A stretch of DNA of 64,000 bases from Phycisphaerales bacterium (GTDB taxonomy: Bacteria > Planctomycetota > Phycisphaerae > Phycisphaerales > UBA1924), in the NCBI GenBank assembly GCA_028284805.1, contig JANQQZ010000084.1, positions 5,248 to 69,247 on the forward strand, given 5' to 3'. The translations under genes were made by a program, and so were the position numbers. The notes beneath the pieces are model-generated. The model was given only the letters and a program-made list of their open reading frames with translations. It did not search any database and was not told where the DNA came from. Positions 43,224-52,189 of this stretch are shown here, one piece after another; position 1 is the first letter of the stretch, and every line of letters starts with the position of its first letter.

Positions 43224-44405
43224 CTACTGACCACCAGCATGCAGCCTCGAAGCACAGGCCGCCTCTGTAGAAAGCAACTCCATGCTCAGGGGCAGTGTTC
43301 CGGCCCAACCGGCTCTGAGTTCCTCGCGAGTGGGCAGGTACTTCTCATCAGCGTCGGCTGCGATGCGAAATGCCGGATACTGAATGTCCAGAGCCGCCAC
43401 AAACCGTGCTTCATCCCGCACAACAACCATCAATCGATCAGCGTCGCCACGCAATGTCGATAAGCTTCCGAGTCGAGTTCGATGCTGTCTCCGCCAGGTA
43501 CCTTCTGTGCTTTGGTAGTGAAACTCGGTGACATAGCCGTACGGGAGCATGATCTGTGCCTCGAAACTCGAGAACCCATAGCTGACGAACTCGCCTTGCA
43601 CGGGACGCGGAATGAGATTCTCGCGGCGCCAGCCAATCCTCTCGATCTCGGTGAACCGGATGTAGTCTGATACGATTCTGGTCGCTTCGTGCGCGAGAAT
43701 GGTTTCTGGGAGGCTTCGGCCTCGAACCCACCGAGTAATGAGATCGCGAGAGACGTGGCGTGTGCGCGAAATGCTCCTTTCTCGCAAACCTCGGTCTTCA
43801 GGTATCGCAAGTCGCCACCAGCGATACGCGACGATCCGACAAAGAGGGCCGATCTCCCCGTACCGACCCCTTGAAAGCAGTTCCTCCGCAGCAGATGCTG
43901 AGTCACCGGGCATGTCGACGCGGTTCTCCTGATCCATCAACTCGCGCGCGAATCGATGAAACTTGTCCTGCTCAGCCAAGCTCACGTCCGTTGCAGGATC
44001 CAAACGCATCAGCTCCCAATCGAAGTGTCTGTAGTGGTCGTCCGAAAGCCGCATTGCCCATGGACCGTACAAGATCAATGCCGTTGTCGGCATCACGCCC
44101 CACGCGCCTCGCTCCTGCACCCGCGGCACGACCCACAGCCCATAGCCACCAACCACCATCACCAGCAGCAGCGCCCACGCCGAAACCCACCGCCGCCTCG
44201 TCCGCGTCAGATGCTTCGGCTTCGCGTGCGTCTTCCCACACTCCGGGCACGCCACCGGCACATCGCCCGCACCGTCCATGTCGTACCAGCACCGACAGCA
44301 CCGCCTCTGCCCCCGCGGCCGATCCCAGAACAGCGCCCACAGCACGCCGACGAACGCCAGCAGCGCGACCGCGTACCCCGACCAGTGCCAGAACCACTCG
44401 GGCAT
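43224..44405 (-). CDS. TM-zinc ribbon-TM membrane protein, array member P1 (C-terminal domain type A)
   Basis: 393 aa. The N-terminal module is MPEWFWHWSGYAVALLAFVGVLWALFWDRPRGQRRCCRCWYDMDGAGDVPVACPECGKTHAKPKHLTRTRRRW followed by a second TM helix. The C-terminal domain is homologous to that of P4. Confidence 0.8.
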   Translation of the reverse strand: MPEWFWHWSGYAVALLAFVGVLWALFWDRPRGQRRCCRCWYDMDGAGDVPVACPECGKTHAKPKHLTRTRRRWVSAWALLLVMVVGGYGLWVVPRVQERGAWGVMPTTALILYGPWAMRLSDDHYRHFDWELMRLDPATDVSLAEQDKFHRFARELMDQENRVDMPGDSASAAEELLSRGRYGEIGPLCRIVAYRWWRLAIPEDRGLRERSISRTRHVSRDLITRWVRGRSLPETILAHEATRIVSDYIRFTEIERIGWRRENLIPRPVQGEFVSYGFSSFEAQIMLPYGYVTEFHYQSTEGTWRRQHRTRLGSLSTLRGDADRLMVVVRDEARFVAALDIQYPAFRIAADADEKYLPTREELRAGWAGTLPLSMELLSTEAACASRLHAGGQ

Positions 44406-44411
44406 GAAGGC

Positions 44412-44417
44412 AGTCTA
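44412..44417 (-). promoter_or_regulatory. -10-like hexamer TAGACT, 6 nt upstream of the P1 ATG
   Basis: The minus strand reads TAGACT-GCCTTC-ATG. Confidence 0.4.
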
Positions 44418-44453
44418 TCGAAACCAGCAGCCCGCCCGAAGCAAACCAGCAGA

Positions 44454-45404
44454 CTACGGCGCGATCGGAAGCCGCTCGACTCGCTCGGGCTCGAACATGA
44501 ACCCACGGCCGGACGCCGGGCGGTACACAACCACGAGCCGGCAGTACTCGCCCTGATCATCGAAAAGACGGTATAGAATCCTGATGCGCCGAGGCTGATC
44601 CGTGTGCGGCATGAACGGTCGCCCGAGTATGCGCCGATCTGGTCGATAGGTAAGCATCCGACTTTCATCAAAGCTGAGTGGGTCGTCATCGTCTGAAAGA
44701 AATACGAAGCGAATCTCGCCGGACAAACTCATCCCGCTCTGCGGAAACTGATTGAGGTACTCCCAGTCGCTACCGGCAAGGCCAACGGCCTCGACGCTGA
44801 ACGCCCAAGTCGCCCAATCGGCGGCCCGCTCGCGGCTCAGCCTGCCGAACCACACCTCGTGCGCCAGGACCGCGTCGACAGCCGACGCTTCCGTCTGACT
44901 GGGCGCGCCCTGGCTTCTCCGCCACCCCGTCAGATACCAGTACTCGACGCCGACGGATTTCGCCCAGTCGGGGAGCCGGTCCCACCGCTGCCCCCAATAC
45001 CACAGCGCCGGGCTCCCATGGATCGCACCGACTGGAACGTCGTTCTCGTGAGATATCAGCGGCGCGATAGCAACCATCAGCGTTGTTGGGAGCAATCCTG
45101 GTGGGCCGTCCGAAGCAACCCGCGGCACCACCCACAGCCCGTACCCGCCAACCACCATCACCAACCCGAGCACAACCGCGCGCCCCCACCGACGACGCGT
45201 CCTCGTCAGGTCTTTCGCTTTCGCGTGCGCCTTGCCACACTCCGGACAACTCGCCGGCAGATCACCGACACCGCCCAGGTCGTACCAGCACCGCCGGCAC
45301 CGCTTCCTCCCGCGTGGTCGATCCCAGACGAGCGCCCACACGACACCGACGAACGAAACCAGCGCCACCGCGTACCCAGACCAGTGCCAGATCCACTCGG
45401 GCAT
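44454..45404 (-). CDS. TM-zinc ribbon-TM membrane protein, array member P2 (C-terminal domain type B)
   Basis: 316 aa. It has the same N-terminal module (…CRRCWYDLGGVGDLPASCPECGKAH…TRTRRRW… plus TM2). The Trp-rich C-terminal domain cannot be aligned by eye with P1, P3 or P4. Confidence 0.8.
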   Translation of the reverse strand: MPEWIWHWSGYAVALVSFVGVVWALVWDRPRGRKRCRRCWYDLGGVGDLPASCPECGKAHAKAKDLTRTRRRWGRAVVLGLVMVVGGYGLWVVPRVASDGPPGLLPTTLMVAIAPLISHENDVPVGAIHGSPALWYWGQRWDRLPDWAKSVGVEYWYLTGWRRSQGAPSQTEASAVDAVLAHEVWFGRLSRERAADWATWAFSVEAVGLAGSDWEYLNQFPQSGMSLSGEIRFVFLSDDDDPLSFDESRMLTYRPDRRILGRPFMPHTDQPRRIRILYRLFDDQGEYCRLVVVYRPASGRGFMFEPERVERLPIAP

Positions 45405-45410
45405 GGACTC

Positions 45411-45416
45411 AGTCTA
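45411..45416 (-). promoter_or_regulatory. -10-like hexamer TAGACT, 6 nt upstream of the P2 ATG
   Basis: The minus strand reads TAGACT-GAGTCC-ATG. Confidence 0.4.
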
Positions 45417-45430
45417 CTGAAAGCAACCGC

Positions 45431-46462
45431 TCAATCGACGACCTCAACCGCGATCGGATCCGCCTCCCACGACTGCACATCCAATTCTGCGTACGACTCG
45501 AGCACACCGGGCCGGTACGCCACGATCCATTTCCGCGTCACGCGGAAGTCCGGCTCGCGCACCCGGATCTGGTACCGCACCTCGACGCCCTCCTGCCACA
45601 CCGGATCGAAGTCGGCGAGCGGGTCCTCGCTGTCGGGGTTACCGCCGGTCGCCCACCCTCCGCTGCCGCTGATCATGGTGTAGCGGGGCGAGACGCCGTC
45701 CGCGCGGAGCATCCGCCAGTCGAGCCGCCACCCGCGAGGGATCACGATGCCGCGGTTCGACCAGGCCTGCTGCCTCGGGTGCTCCAACCAGATCCGGTCG
45801 CCGCGCGTGTCCATCCGACCAACAAGGGGCACATCGATCAAGCGTTGACCAACCGCCGAGTGCACCACCCGCCGCAGCATTGCTTCCGGCAGATTTGACT
45901 GCACGACGAGTTCCTCTCGGCACCACTGCACGAGCCGAGGCTCATCGTGCTGCCCGACCGGTTCCGGGCTCCATGCCCCGAACCAGCGGTACGCGACACC
46001 ACCCAGGACCTTCGGCATGTCGTAGCACCGGCGCCGTAGTTCTGACCCGTAGGTTGCCCCCCGAAACGCGGCATGACGCCCCGATGCACCCGGCGAACCC
46101 TCTGCCGCCTGAATCACAGGTGCGAAAGCAATCAACGCCGACGTTGGCACCACGCCAACCCACCCCTGCTCCTGCACCCGCGGCACGACCCACAGCCCAT
46201 ACCCACCAACCACCATCGCGAAGAACAGCGCAGCCGCACGCCACCACCGACGACGCGTCCTCGTCAGGTCCTTCGCTTTCGCGTGTGCCCTGCCACACTC
46301 CGGGCAGCTCGCCGGAAGATCACCGACACCGCTCATGTCGTACCAGCACCGCCGGCACCGCTTCCGCCCACGCGGGCGATCCCAGACGAGCGCCCACAGG
46401 ACGCCGACGAACGCCGCCAGCGCCACCGCGTACCCAGACCAGTGCCACACCTCTGCAGGCAT
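45431..46462 (-). CDS. TM-zinc ribbon-TM membrane protein, array member P3 (C-terminal domain type C)
   Basis: 343 aa with the same N-terminal module and a third, distinct C-terminal domain. Confidence 0.8.
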   Translation of the reverse strand: MPAEVWHWSGYAVALAAFVGVLWALVWDRPRGRKRCRRCWYDMSGVGDLPASCPECGRAHAKAKDLTRTRRRWWRAAALFFAMVVGGYGLWVVPRVQEQGWVGVVPTSALIAFAPVIQAAEGSPGASGRHAAFRGATYGSELRRRCYDMPKVLGGVAYRWFGAWSPEPVGQHDEPRLVQWCREELVVQSNLPEAMLRRVVHSAVGQRLIDVPLVGRMDTRGDRIWLEHPRQQAWSNRGIVIPRGWRLDWRMLRADGVSPRYTMISGSGGWATGGNPDSEDPLADFDPVWQEGVEVRYQIRVREPDFRVTRKWIVAYRPGVLESYAELDVQSWEADPIAVEVVD

Positions 46463-46468
46463 CGCCCG

Positions 46469-46474
46469 AGTCTA
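46469..46474 (-). promoter_or_regulatory. -10-like hexamer TAGACT, 6 nt upstream of the P3 ATG
   Basis: The minus strand reads TAGACT-CGGGCG-ATG. Confidence 0.4.
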
Positions 46475-46550
46475 TAGAGACGACCCGCTCATCCCAAGCA
46501 ATCCGGTGCACTGGCCTGATCGCCAGCACAGCGATCACCACGAGCCCGAG

Positions 46551-47711
46551 TTACAGCGGATCCTCGAACACCCGAGACCGCATCTCAATCTCAGACTCGA
46601 TCAGCTCGATGCCGTTCGGCAGCGTCCCCGTCCACTCTTCGCTGAGCGCATCAGCCTTGGGCAGATAGGTGTACCCGGCATCCGCCGCGATCCGAAACTC
46701 GTTGTATGCGACATCGAACGCCCCGACAAACCGAGACTCGTCGCGCACCACCACCGCGACACGGGTCGCCGCGCCCCGCAACGGCAGCCGACCGAGCTGA
46801 TGACGCCACCCGCCGTCGGGATCCATGTAGTGCACCTCGACGACGTACCCGCGCGGAAGTCCGAGCCGACCCTCGAAACGAACGAAGCCGCCGTAATTGA
46901 AATGCAACCCCTCGGGCGGGCGACGCACGAGACCCTCACGCTTCCACCCGATCCGCTCGATCGGCGTGGACTCGATGAGATCGCGGACGATGCCGATGCA
47001 CCCCGCATCCACAAGCGGCCCGGGCAGCTTGCGCGACCGCACCCATCCCCGCGACACCTCGTCGGTCACGCGGGCCGTGCCCCGCCACGAATCCGACTCT
47101 GCGCTCAGCCCCGCGGCATCCGCCCACCGCCACCACGTGAACGCGAGCACCCGCGTCCGCTCGCCCATCGACCCGGCGCGCACCAGCAGCTCTTCCGCCA
47201 TGCCCTCCGGCGTCTTCCGCAAAACACGGTTGTTCTGCTCCCACTCGGCCTTCGAAAACCGATGGAACCGGTCCGCCTCCGCTCGCTGCGCAGCCGTTGG
47301 TGTCTCTCCCCACTCCGCCAGATCAAACTGGATGCCGCTGATTTGGTCGTTCAGATGTTCAAGCCACGGGCCGGCCGCGATCAGTGCCGTCGTGGGAATC
47401 AGCCCCCACGCCCCGCGCTCCTGCACCCGCGGCACCACCCATAGCCCGTACCCGCCAACCACCATCGCGAGCGACAACAGAGCCGCCCGCCCCCACCGCC
47501 GCCGTGTGCGTGTCAGGTCCTTCGCTTTCGCGTGCGACCTGCCGCACTCCGGACAGCTCGCCGGCAGATCACCGACACCGCTCAGGTCGTACCAGCACCG
47601 CCGGCACCGCTTCCGCCCCCGCGCCCGATCCCAGAAGATCGCCCACACAACACCGACGAACGAAACCAGCGCCACCGCGTACCCAGACCAGTGCCAGATC
47701 CACTCGGGCAT
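46551..47711 (-). CDS. TM-zinc ribbon-TM membrane protein, array member P4 (C-terminal domain type A)
   Basis: 386 aa with the same N-terminal module. The C-terminal domain aligns with P1: DRFHRFSKAEWEQNNRV with DKFHRFARELMDQENRV, IERIGWKREGLVRRPPEG with IERIGWRRENLIPRPVQG, and RVAVVVRDESRFVGAFDVAYNEFRIAADAGYTYLP with RLMVVVRDEARFVAALDIQYPAFRIAADADEKYLP. Confidence 0.8.
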   Translation of the reverse strand: MPEWIWHWSGYAVALVSFVGVVWAIFWDRARGRKRCRRCWYDLSGVGDLPASCPECGRSHAKAKDLTRTRRRWGRAALLSLAMVVGGYGLWVVPRVQERGAWGLIPTTALIAAGPWLEHLNDQISGIQFDLAEWGETPTAAQRAEADRFHRFSKAEWEQNNRVLRKTPEGMAEELLVRAGSMGERTRVLAFTWWRWADAAGLSAESDSWRGTARVTDEVSRGWVRSRKLPGPLVDAGCIGIVRDLIESTPIERIGWKREGLVRRPPEGLHFNYGGFVRFEGRLGLPRGYVVEVHYMDPDGGWRHQLGRLPLRGAATRVAVVVRDESRFVGAFDVAYNEFRIAADAGYTYLPKADALSEEWTGTLPNGIELIESEIEMRSRVFEDPL

Positions 47712-47717
47712 GATGAA

Positions 47718-47723
47718 ATCTTA
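47718..47723 (-). promoter_or_regulatory. -10-like hexamer TAAGAT, 6 nt upstream of the P4 ATG
   Basis: The minus strand reads TAAGAT-TTCATC-ATG. Confidence 0.4.
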
Positions 47724-47726
47724 CAT

Positions 47727-47770
47727 CCTCCCCCGTCGCCGACGGGGGAGGGGGGCCCGCCGAAGGCGGG
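47727..47770 (-). terminator. two consecutive perfect G/C hairpins downstream of the M20 amidohydrolase gene and upstream of the array
   Basis: CCTCCCCCGTC-gcc-GACGGGGGAGG forms an 11-bp stem (47727-47751). CCCGCC-gaa-GGCGGG follows at 47756-47770. Confidence 0.5.
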
Positions 47771-47872
47771 GTCGGAGGGGGTCATCCGGTGCCTGGCCAC
47801 CCTGCATCACCGAAAGGCGGCCCCCTCAGTCGCTGCACGACAGCTCCCCCGTTGGCAACGGGGGAGCATGCA

Positions 47873-49084
47873 TCACGCCCGCAGGGCCAGCGTGCTCAGC
47901 AGCTCCACGCCCGTCGCGATCGCGTCGTCGTTGAAATCAAACGTCGGCGTGTGCAGCTCGGGGTAGTGGTCAGCGCCGCGGGGCTTCAACCCCATGAAGA
48001 AGAAGCACGCGGGCACGTGCATGCCGTAGTAGCTGAAGTCCTCGCCTCCCATGACGGGCTGCTGGGCGAGCATCACGCGCTCGGCGCCGAGCGCGCCGCA
48101 GGCGATCTCCATCGCCTTCGCGGCGAGCGTTTCGTCGTTCCGGGTCACCGGGTAGCCCACACGCCACTCGACGTGCGCCTCGCACCCGTGCGCCCTGGCG
48201 GTCAGGTCCGCGATCTCGCGTACGCGTCGCTCGAGCCGCTCGCGGATCTCGGGCAGCAGCGCGCGGGTCGTGCCCTCGAGCTCAACCTCTTCGGGGATGA
48301 TGTTGTCCACCGTCCCCCCCGTGATCCGCCCCACCGTGCACACGCCCGCCTCGAGAGGCCCGGTGCTCCGGCTGACCACGGTCTGCAACGCCATGACGAT
48401 CGCGCTCGCCGCGACAACCGGGTCGCGGCACTCGTGGGGCCACGCCGCGTGACCGCCCTTGCCCTTGACCGTGATCAGGAACTCATCGGTCGAGGCCATC
48501 ATCGGGCCCGGGCGCGTCGCAACGGTCCCAAGCTCCATGCCTGGCCAGCCGTGCAGGCCGAAGATCTCGCCGACCGGCGCGCCGAGCCCGCCGCCGGTCT
48601 CGCCCTTGAGCGCGCCCTCGTCGCACATCATCGCGCCCCCACCCCCGCCCTCTTCCGCCGGCTGGAAGACGAACGTGATCGGCCTCGGCCTGTGCTCGGC
48701 CTGACTGAGCACGCGGGCCGCGCCGAGGAGCATCGCCGTGTGCCCGTCGTGCCCGCACGCGTGCATCACGCCCGGGTTCGTGCTCGCGTGCGCCTCGCCC
48801 GACTTCTCCGTGATCGGCAGCGCGTCCATGTCCGCCCGCAGCGCCACAGCGGTCGCGTCCGTCTCGACCGTCGCAGGCAGGTACCCGAGCACGCCCGTGC
48901 CCTTCGCGTAGCCGCCCTTGCACTCGATGCCCAGGCGCGTCAGCTCGTCGACGACCACCCGGCTCGTGCGCGACTCCTCGAACATCAGCTCCGGGTGCGC
49001 GTGCAGGTCGCGGCGGATCGCGGTGATCGCCGAAATCTCGTCCTCGATCGCGCTACGCAGGGTCGGTGTGGTGGTCATGGTCAT
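47873..49084 (-). CDS. M20-family amidohydrolase (N-acyl-amino acid amidohydrolase / hippuricase-like)
   Basis: 403 aa with RRDLHAHPEL, MHACGHDGHTAMLLGAA, FQPAEEGGGG and GGEDFSYY. Confidence 0.9.
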   Translation of the reverse strand: MTMTTTPTLRSAIEDEISAITAIRRDLHAHPELMFEESRTSRVVVDELTRLGIECKGGYAKGTGVLGYLPATVETDATAVALRADMDALPITEKSGEAHASTNPGVMHACGHDGHTAMLLGAARVLSQAEHRPRPITFVFQPAEEGGGGGAMMCDEGALKGETGGGLGAPVGEIFGLHGWPGMELGTVATRPGPMMASTDEFLITVKGKGGHAAWPHECRDPVVAASAIVMALQTVVSRSTGPLEAGVCTVGRITGGTVDNIIPEEVELEGTTRALLPEIRERLERRVREIADLTARAHGCEAHVEWRVGYPVTRNDETLAAKAMEIACGALGAERVMLAQQPVMGGEDFSYYGMHVPACFFFMGLKPRGADHYPELHTPTFDFNDDAIATGVELLSTLALRA

Positions 49085-49136
49085 AGCCGAGATGATAGGG
49101 ACGACGCCCGGCCCGGTTTCACACCGAACACCTCGG

Positions 49137-50258
49137 CTAGATGCCGAGCACTTCCCTCGCCAGATCCCGCGCCGTCTCGATCTCCGCCGCCACGCCCGAC
49201 AGATCCGGCTGCGCCGGAGAATCGATTACCGTGTCCGGGTGCTCCGCCGCCAGCTCGCTCGCCAGGTCCGCGCGCAGGGGCACGTTCCTCGAGTCGCTGC
49301 CCATGATCAGCCGCTCGCCCTCGGCGCTGAGCAGAAACTCGATCAGCTCCGCCGCCTCTGCGGCGTTCGGTCCCCCCGCGACGCGGGCCACTGTGTTCGG
49401 GATCGTCAGCGGACCGAAGCTCGCCAGCGGAGGCACCTCGCCTCGCACCAGAGGCACACCGGGCGGCAGCTCCGTCGCCTCGTACACCAGCCCCACGGGC
49501 CAGCCCGCCTCCTGCCCGACCCACACGTCGTCGGTGTCGGTCAGGGCCAGCTCGATCTCGCCGTCCGCGATCGCGCGCACCACCGCGGAATTCGAGTCGT
49601 ACAGACGCAGGTTGTTCGCCGCCATCGCCTCGAACCACGACCGCGTCGGGCCCTCGCCCCACAGATGCACGAGCGAAGCCACGTGCCCGACGGTCGTGCC
49701 GAAGAGCGGACGCGCGATGCCCACCTTCCCGCTCCAGCTCGGTTCGGCAAGGTCGCGCAGCGTGCGAGGCGGGTCCGTGATCTTCCGCGTGTCGTACGCG
49801 ATCACTCTTGCGCGAAGCGCAAACCCGTACCAGGTGCCGTCCTCGGCGCGCATCGCGCTGGGCCAGCCGCCGCCGAAGTCCTCGTGCGCCCGCGACGCGG
49901 TGAACGGCGCGAGCACACCCTCCTCCGCCAGTCGCACCGTGTAGAACGGCTCGCTCGACCACCAGACGTCCGCGCGCGGCGCGTCCTTCTCGTTGATCAG
50001 ACGCTGGTACAGGCCGACCGTCTTCGTCGCCTCCGTGTCGCCCACCACGAGCACGTCGATGCCCGTGCGCTGCTCGAACACCGCAACGACCTGGTCCGCC
50101 AGGTAGTCGTCCGCGCTCGTGTAGAGCACGACCGACCGCGTCGGCCCGTCAGAGGTCTGCTGCTCTACCGGATCGGTCTCGGGCGCCTCGCCGCCGCACG
50201 ACACCAGCACACCGCACACGAGCGCCAGCGCGCCCCCCATCAAGCTCTTGATCTTCAA
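49137..50258 (-). CDS. ABC-transporter substrate-binding lipoprotein, iron(III)/family-1 solute-binding type
   Basis: It has VVLYTSADDY...FEQRTGIDV...ADVWWSSEP... of FbpA/AfuA-like binding proteins. I prefer the in-frame TTG at 50258, after GGAG, which gives MKIKSLMGGALALVCGVLVSCGG (lipobox). The alternative start is the ATG at 50240. There is no permease or ATPase gene nearby. Confidence 0.75.
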   Translation of the reverse strand: MKIKSLMGGALALVCGVLVSCGGEAPETDPVEQQTSDGPTRSVVLYTSADDYLADQVVAVFEQRTGIDVLVVGDTEATKTVGLYQRLINEKDAPRADVWWSSEPFYTVRLAEEGVLAPFTASRAHEDFGGGWPSAMRAEDGTWYGFALRARVIAYDTRKITDPPRTLRDLAEPSWSGKVGIARPLFGTTVGHVASLVHLWGEGPTRSWFEAMAANNLRLYDSNSAVVRAIADGEIELALTDTDDVWVGQEAGWPVGLVYEATELPPGVPLVRGEVPPLASFGPLTIPNTVARVAGGPNAAEAAELIEFLLSAEGERLIMGSDSRNVPLRADLASELAAEHPDTVIDSPAQPDLSGVAAEIETARDLAREVLGI

Positions 50259-50274
50259 ACCGTGGCTCCGCGTC

Positions 50275-52038
50275 CTACTCGCCCTCGGTTGCACTCTCGT
50301 CGGCCGCATCACCCGCGGCCTCGCGCTCCAGCGCGCCGAAGTACCGCTGCACGGCCTGCTCGTAGGCCCGCGGCACACGCATCGACTCGATCGCGTCCGT
50401 CGCCGAGGCCGACGCCGACTGCGCGGCAGCCGCGAACGTCGCCCGGCTCTCCCCTCGCACCTGGCTCTCGTACACCAGGCTCGATCCGATGATCGGCCCG
50501 TCGGTCGTCTTGACCGCACTCTTGGCAGCCGTCATCGAGAAGCTCGTCTCACGCGCCGCCGGGCTGTCACCGTTGCCCTGGCCCGGCCCGCCCGAGCCCT
50601 GGCCCATGCGGCTCGTGTCGCCCATACGCCACTCGCCCTGGCCCTGACCCTGGCCCATGCCCTGCGCGAGCATGCCGCCCATGCCCCCGCCCGAGCACTG
50701 ACCCAGCGAGAACGCCTTGCTCTGCATCTGCTGCATCATCGCCTGCATGCCAGCCATGTCGGACGCCAGCATCTCCATCTGCGACAGCTGATCCCCAAGC
50801 TCGCCCATCGCGGCGCTCATCTGCCCCATCTGGCCCGCCTGGCTCATCTGCGACATGGCCTGGGCCATCTGCGACATCGCGCCGCTCATGTTCTGGCACG
50901 CGCCCTGGCACTGCTGCGCGGTCTGTGCCATCTGCTGGAGCTGCTGCTTCTGCGCCTCGGTCAGGTTCTGGGCGTTCTCGAGCGTCCGCTTGAGCGCCTC
51001 GGGGTCGGCGGCGAGCCTCTTGGCCATCTCGCTCGACATGCCCGCCTGACGCAGCGCCGCCTCCATCTCGCCTTGGCGCTGCGCGAGCGCCTCCATCTGC
51101 TGCGACAGGCTCTCGAGCTGGCGCTGCAGTTGATCCTTCTGCTCTTCCGTCAGGTCGCCCTCGCGGAGCTGCTGCTCGAGCTGCTCCAGCGATTCCTTGG
51201 CCTTCCCGAACTCGCCCCGCGCGAGCGACCGCGCCAGATCCTCCGCGGGCCCGGGCCCGGGCTGACGCAACCGCTGCAGCCGGTTCTCGAGCGCTTCTCG
51301 CGTCTGCTGCTGCTGCGAGTCCATCTTGTCGGCCAGTTCGTCGCCCAGCTTCGTCAGCTTCTTGACCGCCGCCGCGCGGATCTGCTCGGGCGTCTGCTGG
51401 TCGGGGACGCCTACCTCTTCGCCCGGGGTCTCTTCGTCGAAGTCCAGCTTCAGGCCCAGTCGCACCGCCTGCTCCTGGAGCGTCTTCGTCGCGTCGTCGA
51501 CCTCGGCCTTGGCCTCGATCACCTCACGCTCGCTGGCGATCTCGGCGCGCTCGCCGAACAGGCCCGTCAGATCCGGCGCGGGCAACGCGACCGCGACCGC
51601 GAGCACACCCCACGCCGCGACCGGCGCGGGCCACGCGCGGGGCGACTCGATGGGAAGCGACCTGCCGAGATCGACACCCGCCGCGACGCGCTCCGCCTGC
51701 GCCACCGCGGCCCTCGACCACGCATCGTCCGACGACGCCACGCAGAGCGCTGTGCTCAGCGACTCGCGGAGCCCCGCGCGTTCGTCCACCCGGCGCGCGA
51801 CCGGATCGCCCTGGCGCACGCGAAGCACGCTCCACACGACCGACGCCACCAATGCCACTCCCGCACCCGCGCCGAGCATCGCTGCCCAGCCCGCAGGCGC
51901 CGGCGCGAGCGACGAGAGCATCCGCCACGCGAAGAGCACCGCCGCAGTTACCGCCAGCGTGACCGCCGACGTGCGCAGCACGTCGGTCAGCACCAGCCGC
52001 CACCACGCCCGCCGGATCAGCCGCTCGATGGTCCGCAT
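50275..52038 (-). CDS. membrane-anchored coiled-coil protein with Gln/Met-rich low-complexity segment
   Basis: The start is at MRTIERLIRRAWW, after TAGGAGG. It has N-terminal TM helices, a long heptad-like Q/E/L-rich region, and then QMAQAMSQMSQAGQMGQMSAAMG...MAGMQAMMQQMQ...GMGGMLAQGMGQGQGQG. Confidence 0.8.
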   Translation of the reverse strand: MRTIERLIRRAWWRLVLTDVLRTSAVTLAVTAAVLFAWRMLSSLAPAPAGWAAMLGAGAGVALVASVVWSVLRVRQGDPVARRVDERAGLRESLSTALCVASSDDAWSRAAVAQAERVAAGVDLGRSLPIESPRAWPAPVAAWGVLAVAVALPAPDLTGLFGERAEIASEREVIEAKAEVDDATKTLQEQAVRLGLKLDFDEETPGEEVGVPDQQTPEQIRAAAVKKLTKLGDELADKMDSQQQQTREALENRLQRLRQPGPGPAEDLARSLARGEFGKAKESLEQLEQQLREGDLTEEQKDQLQRQLESLSQQMEALAQRQGEMEAALRQAGMSSEMAKRLAADPEALKRTLENAQNLTEAQKQQLQQMAQTAQQCQGACQNMSGAMSQMAQAMSQMSQAGQMGQMSAAMGELGDQLSQMEMLASDMAGMQAMMQQMQSKAFSLGQCSGGGMGGMLAQGMGQGQGQGEWRMGDTSRMGQGSGGPGQGNGDSPAARETSFSMTAAKSAVKTTDGPIIGSSLVYESQVRGESRATFAAAAQSASASATDAIESMRVPRAYEQAVQRYFGALEREAAGDAADESATEGE

Positions 52039-52189
52039 GGATCGCCTCCTACACACTCAGACGTCGGCACCCGCCCACCGGTTCGTTCGAAGGTGTCCGC
52101 CTGATGCCCCAAAGTCTACCGGAACACCCCCGACCGGATCCAAACAAACCGCACACGCCGATGCCCCCTCCGCCTCCGTACGCTCAGGC

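Noticed and set aside
43224-47711. Periodic ~1.0-1.25-kb DNA repeats considered as a possible CRISPR-like or other non-coding repeat array
   Set aside because: The repeats are ~300-bp 5' coding modules of four paralogous genes. The repeat length and spacing are far from CRISPR dimensions, and each unit is a full ORF.
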